From contig CM060731.1 in the NCBI GenBank assembly GCA_030704615.1, positions 37,758,001 to 37,822,000 on the forward strand: a stretch of DNA of 64,000 nt, given 5' to 3'. Position 1 is the first letter of the stretch; each line of letters starts with the position of its first letter. Both the position numbers and the translations under genes were made by a program. Of this stretch, positions 57,932-64,000 are shown piece after piece. A model generated the notes under the pieces. That model was not told the origin of the DNA and ran no database searches. It saw only the letters and a list, made by a program, of their open reading frames with translations. This DNA is from Takakia lepidozioides (taxonomy: Eukaryota; Plantae; Bryophyta).

Positions 57932-60900
57932 ATGCGGAGCGCAGATATGGAGGCCGGAAATTCTTCTGAGAGCGGACGAGAGATAGATATGGAGATTTCT
58001 GATGAGGAGGATGCGGGAGTGTTGGTTGGACGGGAAGCTAGGGTTCTGGAAAATATGGCGGCACAGGTTACGACAAAAAGTATCATCTCGTAGGAATTTC
58101 TCCCAATTGCGATCAGACTCTCTCTATAGTGCCTCTTCACTGGTTTGCAATTACACTGAAACGATTGTTGTGTGGTGGTCTTCCCGTCTGCAAACTGTGG
58201 AGATTGGATGCCCTATTTCTGAGCGAGCATAAACTACGAAGGATCCTGCTCAGTTCGTCCTTTATTATTTTTCAGTCTCTGAGTTCTCATTTATCTTTTG
58301 CTGGTGGTTTTGTAAAAGCTGAATCCAGCGGGAAGCGCAAGCGTTATGCACACTTGGACAACAGCCCCTCTGTTGGTGTGACGTACCAATATCTTACCAG
58401 GTCTCTCTCTCGTTCTCTTCCCTGTCTTCTTTTCTCCTACATAGATTTCGTTCATACGGTTCTCACCGCCTCGAACGCCTGTGATCAAGCTACATGTAAC
58501 AAAGCGGGGTGTGTGGGCGCGGGTGTAACAGAGAGAGCAAGAAGAGGCTGCAGGACGCTCTGCGACAGTGGGCCGAAGGGAATGTGCAGCATCATATCAT
58601 TGTAAGCTCCTTACCTCCTTTTATGTTGTTGTGCCCCGTGTGTGTGGGTGTGTGTGTGATTTTCAGAGAGAGAGGGTGGGGGGTACTACCAAGGCCCAGT
58701 CATTCATCTTTCTATTGAACCTCCTTGCCATGTAGTCCTCCAGGAGGCATGGTTGAGTATTCGAGCTTGCTCTAACAAATCTGTGAACAGCCACCCCTTT
58801 GAGGTATGTTTGCTGGCACCTGTGGCTTTGATCCTGAAATTGCGCTCTGCCATATAAGCCATCTGGCAGGAGGGTTGTTAATTCAGGGGTTGGAGGTTAG
58901 CTCATCAAGCACTGGCCTGGCAAAAATACTCGAGGATGAAGACCAGGGTTGCTCCACTTGAGAGAGAGGAGCAAGTGGGGATATGTGTGTAATGTTATGT
59001 TCTTTAACAGGTTCTGTTATGAGTGTGATGCTATGCTCTTATACCAGTCCTGTAGCCTCAGGCCATTGATATCGTTGCAACCCATTTGTGTGACCACTTT
59101 TTCTTAAGTGCCGTAGACCTACCTTAGCTGATGATTAGGTTTTACTGTAACTGGTCCCCCTATGTTAGGCATGTAGGATTGCACAAGACAGCAGGAAGGA
59201 TGTGGGGGAAGAAAGATGTATTGGTCGATTGTTCCCTGCTACCTTGAGGGCATATGTCGCACTTGGTGTCAATTGAAGGCTGAGTAGAAGCAATGAAGTT
59301 CAAGGACTTCCTTACTTCAGCCTCTATCTGTTTGGCAGTTCTACTGCATCTAATTGAGGGGTTGAACTGCACACTAGCACAATGCAGTGACTAGGGACTG
59401 TGATGGCCACTAGCAAATGCCCGACCAGTCTCGTTACGAAGGAACAAATTCAAGCTCCTTGTTTTGATGGCCTCTTTGCTTATTGTCCACTATGTTGCTA
59501 TGATGCTGCAAACACACAGTTGCAAGAACAAAGGGGATAGAGAGTTGGAGTCAGCCACATGTAGGTCTGTCTATTGACAATGAGTGTAAGTCAAACTTCT
59601 GAAGAGTCACATAGAAGCTTATAATCCTAATATTTTCTCATGCCAATGGTGTGTGACAAAAAGATAGGTTTCTTTATGAACTGACGAGCTTTTGGGAGTT
59701 TGATCACAGGCTCCAAACACAGAAGCTTTGGAGAGTGGCAACGAAATGTACTTCCCTGCTTTGCAAATTGGGCCTACTACTGCGCCTACTGCTGCCAGCT
59801 CCACTATGGTGAGGCAACCTTACAAACTCACCAAGATTGCATCCTGGGGTTGGTTGTGCAGTTGCAAAAACCAGGGCATTCAAGTTTCAACAAGAACATC
59901 AGATGCATGAAGCAAGCGTTATCCCCAAGTCTAGAGAGAACAACAATAAGATGTAACAAATTTTTCATGGGCAAGCTTGAAGGTTGTGAGCAGAAAATGT
60001 GAATCACTACTGAAAATTACTTATTCTTGAGAAAAAAGCTTGACTCCTGCCGAAGCAAGAGTAAATTATGGCATTTCTTCACACCAAAGAACCACTATTA
60101 TATTCAGCTCAGATCTCTGGAAGATTCTTAAACTGGAATTTGCTTGCAAGAAAGCAAGATTGTGCTTGTATGTATGTGTGGTTATGGAGCTGAGCTTAAA
60201 CATTGATTGCATGAGAAATGATTTTGTTGTAGCTGATGGATGGATGTGGGAAGCAGTTATACTGGGTTGACAGGCCTGCAAAGCAAGCTCGCATACAGGA
60301 GGCTGATGGAGCACAAGTTCTGACTGGTACAAGCACTAGCGGTCAAGAGAGGGGAAAGGAAGTCGGGGTTCCTCTATATGACCGCGTAGTCCCCACATCT
60401 CTCTCTTCTCAAGACCCTGGTGACAATGGGTATGGCTTGTTCTATATCCTTTGCATTACTATGAAGGCTGGTCAGCTAATGTTGCACAAGATTAAACCAC
60501 CTCCATGAGATGCTGAAATGCTGAGGTTGTGTTGCAAAGACCAATGGCATGGTCTCATATTGTTCTCTGAAATCACCAGGTATATAATGATTGCCCCTGG
60601 GGAACCAGCACGGTGCTTTAACTGTGGGTCCTACAGCCATGGCCTTAAAGACTGCCCAAGACCTCGTGACAGTGATGCCATCAATGCTGCTCGGCGCAAC
60701 CTTGCTGTCAAGAAGGGTTCACTGTCAGTCACCCACAGTGCTTCCAGATACTACCAGAGCACCCGAGGAGGCAAGTTTGACAACATAAAGCCTGGCGTTT
60801 TGGGCAGTGAAACTCGCCAATCATTAGGCATTGGGGTATGCTTCTTTGATTTTTTTCCACTTCTCCAGTTTTAGCTGGTTGCCTTGAATCTTACTACCAA

Positions 60901-62887
60901 TCATGACTCTACTTGGAGTATAATGCGTGTGCTGATGATGGAGAGTGGCAGGAGCATGATCCGCCGCCATGGCTACACCGAATGCGTGAGCTTGGTTACC
61001 CTCCTGGTTATATAGGTTGGTCACCTATGCCTTTAATCCTTACCTGTGTTGAATTCCTTCAAACTGTTTAGTACATGTGTGCAAGTCAACTTGTTTGAGT
61101 ATGTGGCAATTATTATGAGGGTAGTATGTGTCTTCCATTGGTAAGTTCGTATCTCTTACTGGAGAGTGAGAGAGAGAGAGAGAGAGAGGTCTCCTACTGA
61201 GACCTTTCTGCCCTAGCCTTGTGGCGCAAGACGATGGCTCCGGTCTGGAGGAGGGAAGGCAGAGGGAGGTACTCATTGACCAACCTGCGAATGTGCCCTT
61301 GAGAACATTCAACCTTCTCGGAGCTAGTTGTGCAGTTTCTCCCTGTGCAGATAGGAAATTTCACTTAAAATTTGCGTAGCGCTCACGCACAGCCAACGAC
61401 AGTCTGGTTACAAGGAGTGTTGATGAACATACTGCTCTAGGCGTCATGCTAGAAATTACTGGGTTGATTTTCAAGCCCCAATCTGGAACGAGACACTGAC
61501 TGCACTGCAGTCATTGTCCATAAGAACAAAGGGAAATAATGAGAGAGAGAGAATGAACTCAGTAGCCTTGTGGCTGTAGACTCTGCGCCCAATTTGAATG
61601 GAACAAAAGGGAACAGACACTATCTCTGTGAGGGTCTCACTCCCGTAGTGGGACTTACCTTGGTGTAAACAATCAGTTCGGGCTTTCCTGATATCCTCCA
61701 GAAAGCCCTTCACACAAGCATCAATCTGCTGTGTGTGAGCTGCCCAGTAATTCGACCCGAACAGGACCAGCTTCAGCCTCAAGATTTTTGAAGGTGGTGA
61801 AGAGGTGCAGGAACAATGTTCTTCATGTTCCTGAAGAGGGTGACGCTCTGGTGAGAATACCCTGGACAAAGTATCAGAAATGGATAGTCTTTAGGCTGCC
61901 TGCACATCAGGCAATTACAATCTCCTTTTCCTCTCTTTATCTGTTTATTGTTCAAAGGTAGGCTCCCGCCCGAGTTGAAATTTCAGTAGAGAGAGAGAGA
62001 GGGATGCTCACCATGACTGGGTTACAGACTCGGAGGATGAGCCATCTGGAATTGAAATCATTGGGTGCGACGGCGATGAGGACAAGGTAGCTGAAGAGGT
62101 TGATGTTGTTTTCAACAATGAGCCGGTACAGAAAGAGTTAAAAACAAAGACGGTTGAATTTCCCGGAGTTAATGCTCCCATACCAGAGAATGGAAATAAA
62201 AGCCTATGGAAAGCTCCAACCCATGCCCGTGGTGGTGGTAACCATTTGTTGTCAAGTAGTGTTCATCCCGTCTTGATGAATGGAACAGTAGTACCTCAAT
62301 TGGATTCCTTATCTACAACACGGAGTTACCGAGACTGGGGAGCAAATATGCCACATTTTGAAAAGAGCAGTGCTTACAGGTGCGAATATTCTCCTTCAGG
62401 AACCCCCAAGAGCATATTAATAGCTAGTCCCGGCACCAGTAGGGGTTTTATTGACAAGGGTGGAAACCTTCCAGCTAATCCGATGTCCGCACGTGGCCTC
62501 TCTACTTCAAAGGAAGTTGGATTATCCCGGTCAATTGTGAACGAAAAATTGGCATTTCCTTCTTCACACCATACTCTTTCTGTCTCCTCTCGGAGGTCCC
62601 CCATGGGGAGCGTGCACAGTGATGTGTTCCAATCCCCACTATCGGCAGAGAGTCTTATGTCTTCCAAGTTACCTGGTTGGGAGTCACCCTCACCCACCAA
62701 TAGGCTGTTTCGGGCTCCACAATCCTACCTGAGCATGCGATCGCCTGTTCGCCACCAGCACCCTTATCCACTCCGGCAATGTGTCTCTCCCACACCACCC
62801 AAAGAGGCCTGGACAAAGACTCATGCAGATTTTGCTTCTTTACACTCAAGAGGGTCATCTGGGTCCCACAGCCATCAAGCAAGGTGA
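57932..62887 (+). CDS. ZCCHC8: ZCCHC8-like NEXT complex subunit (zinc knuckle plus PSP domain), multi-exon
   Basis: PSVGVTYQYLTRESKKRLQDALRQWAE, ESGNEMYFPALQIG, VPLYDR, RCFNCGSYSHGLKDCPRP, DPPPWLHRMRELGYPPGY, VEFPGVNAPIPEN. Confidence 0.9.
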
Positions 62888-64000
62888 ATGTGTCTGCGTT
62901 GTATGTTAGAATGTGTGTTTGAGAGTCAGTTGTCGATAATCCATTGATTGGCCATGTGTGTGTTCATGAAAGGGAGAAAGAGGGGGCAGAGAATTCAATA
63001 GGTGCGAGTTTCCTCCTTACATGGTAGCTGAGGTAGGTTGTGCTTTAGTTGAGCGGTAGTGATAATGTATTTTACATTAATTTGCGCTGATGTCTAATTC
63101 ATGGCACCTCTGTTCGACACTGTACATAGTGGAAAGTAAGGGAAAGAGAGATTCTTGGCAATAAAATGATGTAGTGGTTCAATTTATTGTTCTGGAGAGA
63201 GAGAGAGAGGCAGTGGCATCTAGTGAAGGGGGCCTCTCGGATAAGATGAATTGTAATAGGGAATAAGCCCCTGTCGCGAGCTATTGGATAGTTCAATAGA
63301 TGAAATGATTTCAAACATCCACAGTGCCCCGTGTGAGACAATTGTGCCCAGAGACCCAACTCTATGTGCCTGGAGATCCAGAAAAATGTGCCCGTATGTA
63401 GATAACCTGTAATGCCATATCGCCTACAAGTTTATTACCTAGGTCTTGACCTGTATATTTAATAACTAGTCCACATGCTCATATAGGACACAATGAAGTT
63501 GTGTCTCCTTTGGTATGCAAAAAACCGCTGATTAGTATTTCCAGTATGCTCTCCCTAGCAGAAGCTAGCAGGGGTGTCTCATGTGGAGTGAGGGTACCTG
63601 CTAGGCTGGCAAGGAGTCTTCGAGTTCTGTAAGGCACCCATCTCCGTTTTATTTACTCAACATGGCAGCAATTCTTTTCACAGGAGCAGGGCCCTTCCCA
63701 TGGGAGTTCTCATGTTTTCGACCTTGGGCTAAAGCCCTCTGTCACATGATCCTCAGGAAGTGCCCTTCCCCTATACTTCAAAGAGCAGGAACACAATCGG
63801 GCATTAGTTTTTCGAGAGCTTACAAATTGGGTGAGACTGCCTGTCCCATAATGACGAGGTGATGAATGTTGGAGGTGGATCCCCTTGAATACTTTCGAGG
63901 ATCTAGTGTATGTTGGGGGCACCCTTAAAATAGGTATGCGACACCCTCTATCTCATGCACTTGAACTGGTGAGATTTGTTGGTGGATCTGCGGAAGCAAT

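Overview
Eukaryotic nuclear DNA from a non-seed land plant, probably a bryophyte or lycophyte. This is inferred from GT-AG introns, a hydrolase-type NLR, and the ciliary gene ZMYND10. Host genes: a broken alpha/beta-hydrolase-NB-ARC immune receptor, TVP23/ECHIDNA, a divergent RLCK kinase/pseudokinase pair, ZMYND10 and ZCCHC8. The centre (16549-40295) is a 23.7-kb CACTA transposon with an ATA target-site duplication; it carries a SET-domain gene beside its Tnp2 transposase and hosts two nested Ty3/gypsy elements. The main result is that these gypsy elements lack ordinary paired LTRs. The complete copy (18851-30256, 4-bp TSD GTTG) reads X-internal-PPT-Y-GC-X-Y, and the diverged host copy has the same PPT-Y-GT-X-Y 3' end. 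This is what a 2-LTR circle would give if opened at a palindromic CA-NN-TG site inside the LTR. At the primer-binding position there is no tRNA site but a sequence complementary to the loop of a conserved LTR hairpin. The polyprotein has a DNMT3-type cytosine methyltransferase between protease and RT and a PHD finger after integrase. Coordinates were read by eye; domain calls rest on motif recognition, not database searches.
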